Below the pieces are notes generated by a model that saw only the letters and a program-made list of their open reading frames with translations, did no database searches and was not told the origin of the DNA. 64,000 nt of DNA from Tubiluchus corallicola (lineage: Eukaryota; Animalia; Priapulida). Of the stretch, positions 1 through 12,000 are shown in pieces (positions within the stretch are counted from its first letter, which is position 1; each line of letters begins with the position of its first letter). Position numbers and translations under genes: made by a program. The DNA is taken from NCBI GenBank assembly GCA_030141605.1, contig JAQGDQ010000079.1:434001-498000 (forward strand), read 5' to 3'.

Positions 1-479
1 TAAAGTCGCCAAAACGTTTTAAAAACAGACCACATACCGAGAACGCTTTGAAAACGTTTTTGAGATGTTGAGAAAAAGTTGCGTGTTTGTGGAATTCCGG
101 CGAAATAATAATAGGCCTACAATTAATCCGATTTAAAATGGCTAAATACGCAAAAGTAATGTATTTTAATATAGTAACTTATCGCTACAGTAGATACATT
201 TGCATAAAAAATTTACAGGCAGCTATTTTGGCGTCTGTAGTTTTTGTTTACAGTCAGAAATGGCTTATTCTTATTTTTCTCCTAACACGGAGCTCTTGCA
301 TGGACGGCAAGGAGTCGTATGACTCGTGTTTTATTATTTAAATCGCATCTTAAAATAAACTATTACTTACTTACTTGTACCAGGCTGGGTTTCTCCAATA
401 GGAGCAACCCGCGGTAGCGCTGGTGTTAGGCCTCTTAAAAACATTGAAATTTAATTGGTGATGGCGACGGTAATAGAAA

Positions 480-668
480 TGGCAACGGCAGCAGTAGCCA
501 CAGCAACAGCAGCAGCAATAGGAACAACAACAACAGCAGCGGCAGCAACAACAGCAACAGGAGCAGCAGCGGCAGCAGCACAACAGCAGGAGCAGCAGCA
601 ACAGCAACAGGAGCAATAGCAACAATGGGAGCGGCAGCAGCAACAACGATAATGACAACAACAACATA
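480..668. repeat. Imperfect (CAG/CAA)n trinucleotide microsatellite
   Basis: Run of gcagcag/caacaac/acagcaac units. It explains the poly-L/C/A/V ORFs on the minus strand. Confidence 0.9.
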
Positions 669-1390
669 ATGATAAAAATAACTTATGTTCAAACACTCAG
701 TGTTGCACAAGTTAAACTTTTCGGGGGATTCAGAAACGTATCTTTGCATATAGTTTCTACATAAATGACAGTTATGTAAAAATGACAATCTGTTTTGCTA
801 CCAATCAATATTCTATATGATATTTCTATCAATATTCACACTTCACTGTCTTTGTTTTCAATTATTCAGCAAAATTAATGATGCCTTTTCTTGAAACTTC
901 CTTCAATAGTGTTAAGATCTTAAAAAATTATGATGACCTTGAAAATCCTGGTTGACATATTGAAATACTGAATTGAGTCATTGGTTTGGAATAATTATAT
1001 ACTTCAATAGTAATTCACAAGTTTTGCAATTACAGAATTAAATTTTACCGCTAATTTAGCGGTTTTAGTTAGTTTAACACGCCTATAATAAATATAGCTA
1101 CATATGGGTCAACGTACGTACCGATTTTAGGGTAAAATCGTCAATCTAAAATAAAAATTTTGTCTATACTTATCAGTCGTTTGTTATTTGTCTAGCATAT
1201 GTTTGCATGTGTTTGTTAGTTTTTAGCATTTTTCACATATAACTAGTATGTGTGACAGTACGCGAACGGAAGGAAATTCCCAAGGGGACTGAAAGAAGTT
1301 GCCCGGCTTGATTTGAGCGAATTTTAAGTAAGCGCAGCAACGGTTCACAAAACTCCTTGATATGGCGAATGCGTCATGAAACTGGAAAAA

Positions 1391-1554
1391 GCAATCCAGG
1401 TAGAAAAGTCACAAGTAAAAATGCCATAGGAAAAAGTCAAGGAAAAAGGCACAGAAAAAAGATAATAACCCTAACCCTAAATCCTAGCCAATTTGCGATT
1501 TTTTTGTGTGACATTTTTTCGTGACTTTTTCCTGTGATTTTATTACCGGTCACC
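1391..1554. mobile_element. Small foldback MITE with subterminal AAAAAGTCAC-type repeats and a central TAACCCTAACCCTAA
   Basis: The left arm repeats (gaaaagtcaca, gaaaaagtcaa, gaaaaaggcaca) are mirrored by tgtgacatttttt, gtgactttttcc and tgtgattttatt. A direct repeat GGAAAAA flanks the element (1384-1390 and 1555-1561), a probable TSD. Confidence 0.65.
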
Positions 1555-2198
1555 GGAAAAACACAGGATTGGGAGAGTCAGGTTGAGGAGAACTCAGAGA
1601 CGTCGTCAATTAATAAATAAAAGTTCGTTAAAGGCAAAGATTTGTTATCCTATGTAGAATGCAGAATGACAAAAATGTCTAAAAACAAAACATTTACTCC
1701 TAAAAATGCTTAATTAGCATCAGCCAGTATTTTAAAGCTGGTACAGAACGTAACCAATCTTTTTTGGAGTTTGAAATTTTAAAACTGAATTATTTGTTTT
1801 GGAAATAATTGAGTTTTTGTTTTGAAAATGCACAATTCATTTGCCCTGGTAGGGCTGCCGCCGTTCGTTAGACTGTGTCTAGACACTGCCACGTACAATC
1901 GTACGCCGGCCTGCAGTCTATACGTAAGCAGAAATCTCTCCGTTTATATTTTTTGTGCCATTTGAACTCAGTATCTTTTGCATGGGAGTCCACGACGCAT
2001 ACCACACGGCCACGGAGACTACGCTTTAACAACAACTACCATTTTCGGTGGTGGCGCCACAAGTACAACAGCAGCACCTGTTCACTGTTCAGGATTCGTT
2101 GATGTTTCACGTGGTGTTGTCAGCTGTAATTTTCGTTTATATTGTTTTTAATCTTTAAGTAAAAATTCATTTAAACGCAAGAGTACTTAGATAAAAGA

Positions 2199-5100
2199 AT
2201 GGGCGAGCCTACATTAAGATTCATAACATATTTGTCTCCCAGCCTACCGATAAGTTATTTTGAAGGCATAACATGGTATCTGGGAAGAGTATTGCAGAGA
2301 GAAACAAGTTTACTATACGAGTCACGTTGGAGTGGGCCTCCCTGCGATAGACCCGACCCGTTTACTTTAGACGAAGTAGACGTTGGTATGTATTTCTCGA
2401 ACGTATACACCTGTTTACGCCATCTAACTAAAATATAAAAAACTTGCTATCAAAAATTTGTAATATTCACTGATGGTCCATATTAAATTTTGCAGGTGAC
2501 CTCGAGTTTATACTATACAATAGCGTTACAAGAAGCATGTTAAAATACTAAGCTAATATTTCAATAGTACAATAGAACAAATCAAACAAAAGCTAATCAC
2601 ATTTAAGACTAAAAAAAGCTAACAAATTAAACCATCACAATACAAAATAAAAATGATTGATTAAGCTGTTTTAAGGAGTTTTTTTGCAATAGAGAAAACA
2701 TGAGAATAATAATCATTTTATGTGGTTGTTTTTCAATACAACACAGTGCTATCAGCTAAAATAATACGTTATAATGCAGTATAATTGAATACTAATAAAA
2801 AACTGCTATTTGGCAATAGCACTTTAAGAAGCATGTGAAAATACTAAGCTAAAGTTTCAATAGTACATTAGAATAAATCAAATAAATCCTAATCCCACTG
2901 TTAAGAATAAAAAAAACTAACTAATTAAGCCATCACAATGCAAAGAAAAATCATAGATTCATTTATCTGCTTCAGGGAGTTTTACAATAGAAAAAACATG
3001 AGAATCACAATCATTTTAAGCAGTCATTATTCTATGCAATACAAAGCAACCAGTTAAAATAATACATTGTAATTGACTGCTATAGGCCTAGCAACAATGC
3101 AATTAATGCAATATAGTCAATCATCAATATAATCATTAATCACAATCATCAGTGCTATTTTATAATTCTCAGTACTGTCTTTAGTGTTTTATGGTTTTGG
3201 ATAAATGTAGAGTGGGTTACTTTGAACTAACTGATCTCTTATTAGTTTTTTCATATTTGATCAAGCATCTCAGCTATTTTGCACTGTTTTTCTAAAACCC
3301 TTGAAGATCCATCATTAATATGCTTGTTATTAAATTAGGCCTGCTATAATAATTTAATTTATCAGTCAATGGTGTGTTTTGCCTTATTTAAGAATTTGGT
3401 TGTTGATTCGTTGAATGTGATAAAAATTAAAAGCAGTTCACTAGTTGTTGTTTATTTTAGGATTTATCTGCTCTGGAGCTTTCGTGAAGCAGTTAAAATC
3501 TGGACAGGATTGCCACATTGACTTAATTCCATGTGCCGCTATACATTCTCATCCCCTTGTAAAGGATAAGCCTTATTATTATGCAGATGTGGTTATTCCT
3601 AATAGACTCAAGTATGGAAGTGTCAACATTCTAATTGTTTTTTAATTGTGATTTTTGTGAAATGAATATCAAAGTTTAGAGTAAAAGACAGGTGATCTGC
3701 AGTGTGATTAGCCTATTTGTTTTTCATGATACGTTTTTCAGTATTGACATTTGTAGGGAACGTATCAAATCCTTGGAAGATTTGAGAGGATGCACATGGG
3801 CGTACAATGATCCAGAGTCTCTCAGCGGCAATTTAGCAATGCTCAACAAACTAAAACAAATGGGGGAAAATGCAAGTTTCTTCGGCCATATCATTCAGTC
3901 AGGTTTGTTACTGTTGTATTGTCTACCTTTTGTATCTACCGCCTGCAATGTTTCAGTGATAATCTATGTGCAGGTAGTAGCAAGACACTAAAATTATTTT
4001 TGGCCAAAAGTGTTTCAAAATTATCACGATCCTATTTTTTGGTCCATTACAAATTAGCTTAGCCATGTCTTAGTTTATATTAAAATTACTTTGAGAAGCC
4101 CTGGTATGTGTATGTGATTGCAAGTTAATGAAAATAAAGGTCTTTTTACCATACCTAGTTGTCAGTGGTTTCAAGGTTTCTGAGTAGCAGAGCTATCTCT
4201 CACAGTTAAACTGAAGGCTGAATGATTCTTGGATGCTAACATTGCTGGTGATGGTAATTGTTACTAGCTGGGTTTTTGTTAATTAATCATATCATTTTTC
4301 CTATAAAGCATCAAAAATGACTGGAAAATTTATGGAAAAGTATTTTAAAAGCAGCTTTAACATACCTGAAGCTTTTTTCACAGGTGTGAAAGCATAGCTG
4401 CATAGTTTTCAGTCTTGGTCAGCTATCAAGCAGCAGTGTTTAGTAAGTTTAGACAAAATATGAGTAGACATTATACATAAAAAAATGAGGAGACAAATGC
4501 TTATTTCGCTAATTTAACTCGTGACATTATGCACAAAATCTAGAACAGATGATACCCAGAAAAGTAATGAATTTGCATAATATATTAAATTACTATTGTT
4601 ATATATAATAATAGCATCCAAACATTAATATAAGTTTATTTATGTCATGTATGTTTATATTTATAATGTATTTTTAATATGTTGGCCTGCAATTAGAAGT
4701 CGTGTATGTATTATACAAAATAAAGATTTATCATCATCATTATCATTGATCTTACTTTCGAACAAAGAAGTCTTGAATTCTTACCCGTCTTGAGCATAGG
4801 AATTTTGGTTTTAGTCTTACTCTTGGCCTTGAAAATCGTGATCTTAGTCTTGATTGCCCCAGTCTAGGGCAACCCCAACATCACCTAAATTTAATTCTCA
4901 TTCTTAATGACTAGAATATACGTACAATTAATGAAAAATCTCACAATAAAGAGAAAAAAGAAGTAAATTTGTCTTTTCAAATATATGTACTACTGTGGTT
5001 TATCATCAGTCAAAAAAATTTAAAAAATGGATCACGAAATTACTATGGTAATTTCACGTTTTTTTATATTATCGAAACACAAAAATTTCACATGGAAAAA

Positions 5101-6565
5101 GGATAAAATCACAAAGAAAAAAGCACAAGAGGCAACGGGCTGGCTCTGGGTAGTTTGAAGCTCTAGGCAGCAGTATTTTTACTGCCCCTTCCTCGGTGGT
5201 TCTCTTCCCCCATGATCAACACCCCCGAATTTTAATTTTTTGTATAATATTATAAAGTATAACAGCACAAGTGTGTTAGGCTTATACATTTGTGTACAAG
5301 TGTAGTCAATTATCTATCTATAGCTTGTGTTGCTTGAGTCTGAAATTGAACTTTTGACTCCACTTTCCCTCCTGGGTCTTCAGGAGCAATCAAAATTTCT
5401 GCAAATTCTCCTACATTTGGTTTTCTCTCAGTTTTTTCAACAGAAATTTTTTAAAATTTTAGCTCATTTTCATTTTATTAACTTTGTCATCTTAACAGTT
5501 ATAACTCTGGTCTGTTTGCAGATACTTCTTTAAAGATTCTTCTTGCTGTTCACTTGTCAAAACTTTTTTACCTTTCGTTCTCTGTATTCCGTACCTCAAA
5601 ACTTATTCTTATAGGTTTATCAGCCATTATTAGATAAATGCTATTGTAAGAAACTTTTTTGTTAATGGAAGGATCATCACTAGAAGAAATAGAAACTGTG
5701 GATTGAACCAGGGTAGCTGTGTCTGAGTGAATTGCGTAATCTTAATAAACCAGATAAAGCAAAAGTACAAAGTGTTTTGTTGGGGAAAGACACTTATCTT
5801 TTTACTGATACACTTTACAAACATACTGCATTATAATTATTGTATTAGGTTCTCATCTGAAGTCATTAGAGTTGCTAATTAACAATGGAGCTGATGCAGC
5901 TAGTGTTGATTCTAATGCGATGTCTGCTTATCTATCTCAGCATCCAACTCAAGCTCCGAAACTGCATGTCGTGACATCTTTTGGACCTTTACCCATCTAT
6001 CCTATTGTTGCGAATAAAAGGCTTTCAGGTACCATTTTTAGCACCAGTACCAATACCAGTTTAACTTTTACTATTGCCATTTTCTGTGGTTATGAGGCCA
6101 CAGAGCATCTTTTAAATACATCATTGAATTCATTTTGTCTAGTTTTGTATAACATAAAAATTAATAATATCAATTTACCATTTTCGGGTTGACAAAGGAT
6201 GTCTCTGGTTTTTTTGGCATTGATGGGACATATTTTCATTTCAGTAAATTGGGACAGAGTGTAAATTTAATAATCACTGAATGGTTATTGTTCTACTGAC
6301 AGTAAATGTTTTCAAGGAATGGTGCCATGCGTACCCTGTAGTTCATGATGTAAAATTTTACAATTCAATGATTAATTTTGCAGAAAAGCTGAAGAAACAA
6401 ATTTGTGGTGCTTTGTTGAATATGCACCTGGATGCTGAGGGAGCGGCTCATTTAGCTGCCTACAGAGTGGAGAAATTTGTGCCTTCAAGCATAGAGCTTT
6501 ATGACAGTGAACTACAGATGAGAGAAGATGCTAAAGGTCTTACTATTGAACAGGTTTACTATTAG
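2199..6565 (+). CDS. PhnD-like phosphate/phosphonate-binding-protein family homologue (periplasmic binding protein type 2 fold), 281 aa, no signal peptide
   Basis: Exons 2199-2385, 3461-3611, 3757-3902, 5849-6028 and 6384-6565. All introns are GT-AG and frame-consistent (846 nt). The protein is MGEPTLRFITYLSPSLP...DEVDVGFICSG...PYYYADVV...SLEDLRGCTWAYNDPESLSG...SGSHLKSLELLINNGADAASVDS...GPLPIYPIVANKRLSEKLKKQICGALLNM...EQVYY*. The DL-G-x-x-AY-x-D-P-x-S-x-SG and GSH motifs are typical of PhnD-family binding proteins. Confidence 0.85.
2518..3075. repeat. Tandem duplication of a ~295-bp unit (2 diverged copies) in intron 1 of the PhnD-like gene
   Basis: caatagcgttacaagaagcatgttaaaatactaagctaa... 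at ~2518 recurs as caatagcactttaagaagcatgtgaaaatactaagctaa... at ~2814, colinear through aaaacatgagaat and aaaataatac. Confidence 0.8.
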
Positions 6566-7637
6566 TTATACCCCTGTGAGTATCATTTGTCACGTCTAAG
6601 GCTATGGGAGCTTCCAGTAACCCATATACAATGTACAAGTTGTAGTCACTGATAAATTAATCTGAAAATGGTAATAGACTTTGATGGAACAAATCATAAT
6701 ATAATTCCAGTTTAAAAAACAACAGCTGCAGAAAACAGCAGCATAATACTAACTTGCTGGAATTGATATGTGCCAGTGTATCAGTTGCAACAGTTTGTAT
6801 TTTCTTAATGTTTCTCTACTTTTACTAATAATTGCCTGTATTTCTGCATCAAGCCTCAAAATTTTGAAGCAGGACAATGGTTTTGAGGAAGGAGTGTTGG
6901 CTGTACATTAAAAAGCTATATGTATTATGCAAATGTGCAAGGATAAACCATTTTATTTTTGTTTTTGGAATACCTTAAAAAGCAAAAAACACTAAGCTCA
7001 CATAGAACTAAAAAAATGGCTTCAAATTTTATATCACCTACACGCTGCCTTATTGCACACTTGTATTAGCAGCAACGCTATATATAACTTGAAAATTTAG
7101 ACTCCTGTGATGACCATTAGGCGGAGCCATTTTAACTTTCAATCATTTGAAACAAGTTTTAATTAAACTGTGTAAAGTTTGGAAATATAATAAGAGCATT
7201 TGTAGTAGTATAAGTTCACTAACTAAAAAAAGTGTAAAAATTCCTTCATCTTGTCAATGAGATTATAGATATGTTTTTGAAGATACATAGTGATGTTCGT
7301 TGGTGTTCATTGGGATAGTGAGTCAGTGACATTTTAGCAGTTGATGCGAACATTTCACATTCCTAAAATTTCTTTTTCCAATTGCAAAGTCTTTCAGACA
7401 TGTAAGTGTAATGCTAAAAATTTGTATGGAAAGTTTTTTTGCGACATACTTTAAAATTGTCTATTTTTTGGGTTTAAGAATTTGCAACTTTCTATTATTA
7501 TTCTTGTACATTTTTGTTATACACACCTGATGATATTTCTTGAGGAAGTAAAATACATCTGCTTTGAACTTCAGAAACAACATCATTTCCCAAAATTATG
7601 CCAGTAGTCAAAATGCAATAGCTAAATACATAAAAGA

Positions 7638-8073
7638 TTCAACTTCTAGGAATCACCATGTTTATTAAGCGACGATCGTTTCGGTTAAGTAGAACTGTAG
7701 CCATTATCAAACTATAAATCAAGTAAAAAAAGAATAAATAATACATTAATGATACAAAGCCACAAACTGAAACAGATAAAAATTTACGTTGTCAAAATAA
7801 ATAAGGCTGTAACTGGAAGAAATTGCAGAGAATTAGGCCAAGTCAACATAATGAAGAGTCACAGTGATAGGCATTATAAGAAAAAAACAACTTCTCTCCG
7901 CAATTTCTTCCAGTTACATCGTCATTTATTTTGACAATTTAAATTTTTATCTGTTGTTTTGTAGTTTCAGTTTGTGGCTTTGTATCATTAATGACTCGAT
8001 TTATAGTTTGATAATGGCTGCAGTAGCAGAAACAATTGTTGCTCAATAAACATGGCAGTAGCTAGAGTTTGAA
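7638..8073. repeat. Long imperfect inverted repeat (foldback/MITE-like) with ~190-bp arms and a ~60-bp spacer
   Basis: ccatgtttattaagc...ccattatcaaactataaatc...gatacaaagccacaaactgaaac...tgtaactggaagaaattgc is mirrored by gcaatttcttccagttaca...gtttcagtttgtggctttgtatc...gatttatagtttgataatgg...gctcaataaacatgg. Confidence 0.85.
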
Positions 8074-8965
8074 CGAATTCTTTTTAGTCAGTGTCACACA
8101 TTTAGAACAGCTTTTCGGTGTAGCTTGAACATTTCTATTCCATGTTTCTTTTTAGTATTTTCCCATTAACTGGCGATTTTACCGATGTTATTTGTGGTGA
8201 ATATTTTGTGAATTTATTTGAGTAAATTGAAGTTTGCATCATTCCAAAGATTAGTGTGAAATTATTGCTGTGATACAATCTGGTATTTATAAAAGCATAA
8301 ATTATCACGGCATGCCATTTGGCACTGTGGTTCAAAGGATAAAGTATTTTGCTACAGATTTTCTAATTACATATTTTCTTTTTTGAAGATTGTTTGAATT
8401 TTGAAAGAAATTTATATACATTAGTTGTCTGGGCTTTCGTGCATTCTTGTACTAGTCACTCGTTGTTACGTCTATCATCAACCAATTTTGCTATTTGCCA
8501 GCTGGGCAAAAAATATTTTTATGAGACATAACAAGGTGACAGATTTTCTAATTACATATTGTTGATCTTACATATTAAATTTGTTGTTAGATGTAACATT
8601 GTGATTATTACAGAACTTCAACGTACTATTAGTATTAACCATGTTTGTTATAATACAGTAGTATTTTGTTATATGTGTTATGTATTTCTAAAGTTTGTAA
8701 TAAAAATGTCCAAGCATACGTTCTTGATTGTATGTTGTATCCTGTTGGCTTGACAGTTGAAAAAATAACGAAATCATTGAATTTTTAAGATTTACAAGCT
8801 TTCACTATTAAATTACTTCTCAGAGTTAAACTAATATCGTATTTATTATTTTTGCATATTGTTTTTTTGTGGGTGTCCACTCCAGTCTTTATAATCTAAT
8901 TAACAGCTCAAAATAATACCAAGGTCAATAATATATAATCATTTATGTATACAAAAAAAAGTGTT

Positions 8966-8971
8966 TTTATT
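8966..8971 (-). promoter_or_regulatory. Probable polyadenylation signal of RPL37
   Basis: TTTATT on plus is AATAAA on minus, ~35 nt downstream of the RPL37 stop codon. Confidence 0.6.
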
Positions 8972-9006
8972 TCACAATTTTATTATAATACATAAACATT
9001 TGCACA

Positions 9007-12000
9007 CTATTTAGATGCTACAGCCGTAGATGCTGCAGCACCACCTCGCTTTCTTGGAGTAGGAACAGTGCCTTCACGGAAACCATGTCTGTAAGAAAAA
9101 AGACTATTAAACTACGAATGAAATTAGACATGAGCATTGAACAAACAGATTTATATAAACTTGGAAAGTGAGATATTGTTAACTGAGATTAAACACGAAT
9201 GACAGTCATTCCTATAGCTCCAATAGCACTGTAAAGGACTGGGAAAGTATGCCAACAGGGATCTAAATATACAAGACTTACACAAAACAATGATTATGCT
9301 AAAAAAAATCTGATTTTGAGCAGACCATACACAAAAAAATCATGAAAAGAGTAGGCAATTTCCTTTTTCACAAGAACTTAATTGATTCCGAAAATTGAGA
9401 AGCTACAACAGTTCAGAATTTCATTTGCGGTTAATCTTCAAGATAATGCTGCCACCTGCAACTGTAGACCCGAATAATCAAGTTTTCACATGGACACAAG
9501 GTTTTGTTTGCAAATAAGGAACGAAATTACGATTACTCAAATTTTTACCTAGTTTGAATTGTAAAAATCCAAATGTCAGTGTGTAACAAAGATGCATGAC
9601 AATATTAACTTTTGCTATTAATCACATCAATGTGAACATAAATGTTAGAACTCAATACAAGTTATTATAGGCCTAGTACTTGTGGCAAAAAAATCACCCA
9701 GGAGATGCAGAGCCCATGTAAAGAGGACAAAATTTCTAAGACAATTACTACACCTGCTTGAACTACTATACAAGTGAAACAAATGTATTAACATGAAGTA
9801 TATGTATCACACTGTAGCAAGGCACAAGAGATTAACACCCAAAAAATGAAGACATGTAGTACTTTGAGAAACTATAGTAGTAGATGAATTTCAGACTACA
9901 TGTAAATCACAGCAGTTAAGAAATTCAAATTTCAAAACAGATTAGAATACAATACTGGCTGGAAATTTTCATTAAGTTGTTCACTTTTAAGTTGAAAAAT
10001 AACTTCTGTTCATTATGAACTATTTTTGTTATACATATCTGAAAAATTTATATTCTCCAAATGAACAGTATGCCTAACATGCATTCAGTGAACCTACCTA
10101 AATCGTCTGTGGACTATTTTCAGATGTCGCATGCGTCCAGTGCCAGTGGTCTTCCTACGAATCGCTTTCTCACTCCAATTGTCTATAAAAACAATTCAAA
10201 GAAGTTAGGTGCGATAGTACTGATTTTCTTGAGTATGATTCATTCAAGTTCATTATCCAAAATTGTTCCTGCATTCATTGGTGTATAATTCACAACCTAC
10301 ATAATAAAATGTAATAAAATGTATATTAAAAATAAAATAATTTAATCGTTCAAGTAACGACTTCTTAAGAACAAAAAAAATCAGATCATTGGAAGTAGTC
10401 CTGCTACAGTCAAATCTCTTTATACCACCCACGCTGGGACTCCAGAAGAAGTTGGCATTAAGGCAGTACAGCACTATAACGAATTGCATAAATACATGCA
10501 TGTCTATGCAAATATGGACATTAAACGAGAGTAGCATTATAAAGGGGGGGGCATTATAACAAGGTTAGACACTACTCTGCTATAACAGCTAGACTGAAGT
10601 CTATCAAACTCTGCAACCACTTGACTACTTTTATTAAAATGCAGAAAATTACTTTGTTTTACAACCAGTGATCAGAGAGTAACTAGGTGTAATGTATTTT
10701 CTTTGCTGTAAATGATCCATTGTTAAAAGCCAGTATGCATGAAAAGTTTATTGTGCCTATGTAAAATATATTGCTGTTATTACTAGTATTGCAAAATAAA
10801 TAAAATGAAATAAACAGTAGCATTTTATTTTACAAAATTAGTATCATTATCATTATGTTAATATTATTATTAGCATAGTTATAAAATGTAAAATAATACA
10901 GTGCTTTAGTGATGGGATAAATCGTTCAAATTGTTGGAGTGAGCTGAGTCGAACTGCTGAGCCATTCGGCAAAAACTTGTTAACTTTTCTAGTTTTCTAA
11001 TGCTTGCTGCACTAATAGCCCACGCGTATACTTATAAAGAGTATATTTCATATTGGCAACAGTAAATTCTTAGTTACCAGGCTAAGACCAAAAGGAAAAA
11101 TCCCTTCCAAATGATGTATACTTTAATTCAATATGACTCAATATAATTCAATATTCAATAAAAAACAACGTTTGGTTCAATCTAATTTGGAGTTGCATTT
11201 AGTATGAGTTGGTTCAGCCCGGCCATCAATTTTTTATTTCTATGTCTGATCTGGTTCGACTCGATTCTCAAGTGCAAGGTTCAGCAGTGGCTCAATCGGC
11301 AAAATTGGAGGTTGGTCTCATTGCAATGTAAGCCCTATACAACACTATAAAATAATTACTACACGAGCAACAACTTTAATGACTAATGTACATACACTTT
11401 CTAATTCTTTTGCTTGGATATCCACATTGAGCACACCTGCTCTTTTGTATGTGATATGAGCTACGGCCACATCGTCGGCACAATGTGTGTGTCTTGTTAT
11501 GACGCTTTCCAAAAGAGGATGTTCCTTTCGTCTAAACAATGACAAAAATTTAGCACATAAAAATAATAATAAGTGCATTTGCACTGAAAGTCACTCAGTT
11601 TGTTGTATTACAACATTATTTCTGAAGACAGGTAGTTCCTCAAGAAACTAACACATAAATTTGAAACTGCACGTAAATCGCAGCAGTTGAGAAATTCAAA
11701 TTTCAAAACAAATTAGAATATAACACCGACTGGAAATTTTCATTAAAAGTTGTTCACTTCTAAGTTAAAAAATCCCACAACATGCTTATGGCGTGCACTA
11801 AATCTGTGTAAAATATTAAAATATTTTGCAATGATGAGTAAATTGCATCTCATTGGTTAATGATACAAAATTACTTTGTACCAGGTCAATGTAACAGTTT
11901 TAATAGTAAACATTTATTTATATCTCTTACACTAATGATACAAAGAGAATAGGGAATTTTAAAAGCTAAATCATTATTATTTATTGCTATAGTACTTTGC

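Noticed and set aside
371-788. Three overlapping minus-strand ORFs (poly-Leu/Cys/Ala/Val)
   Set aside because: They are translations of the CAG/CAA microsatellite, with no splice or domain evidence.
1466-1480. TAACCCTAACCCTAA as telomeric repeat or chromosome end
   Set aside because: Only ~2.5 units, in the spacer of a small foldback MITE.
2199-6565. Bacterial contamination or a chimeric contig as the source of the PhnD-like gene
   Set aside because: It has four spliceosomal GT-AG introns containing host-type repeats, host-like base composition, and continuity with RPL37 and aralar.
7527-7562. CTGATGA plus short hairpin as a hammerhead ribozyme
   Set aside because: The GAAA box is replaced by AAAA, and there is no credible stem I/III or cleavage triplet.
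9216-9227. 12-nt match AGCTCCAATAGC to 18S rRNA (antisense on the RPL37 strand) as a snoRNA guide
   Set aside because: It is not followed by a D/D' box and there is no box C. The H/ACA-like fold is unconvincing, and a 12-mer match to rRNA in ~3 kb of intron is expected by chance.
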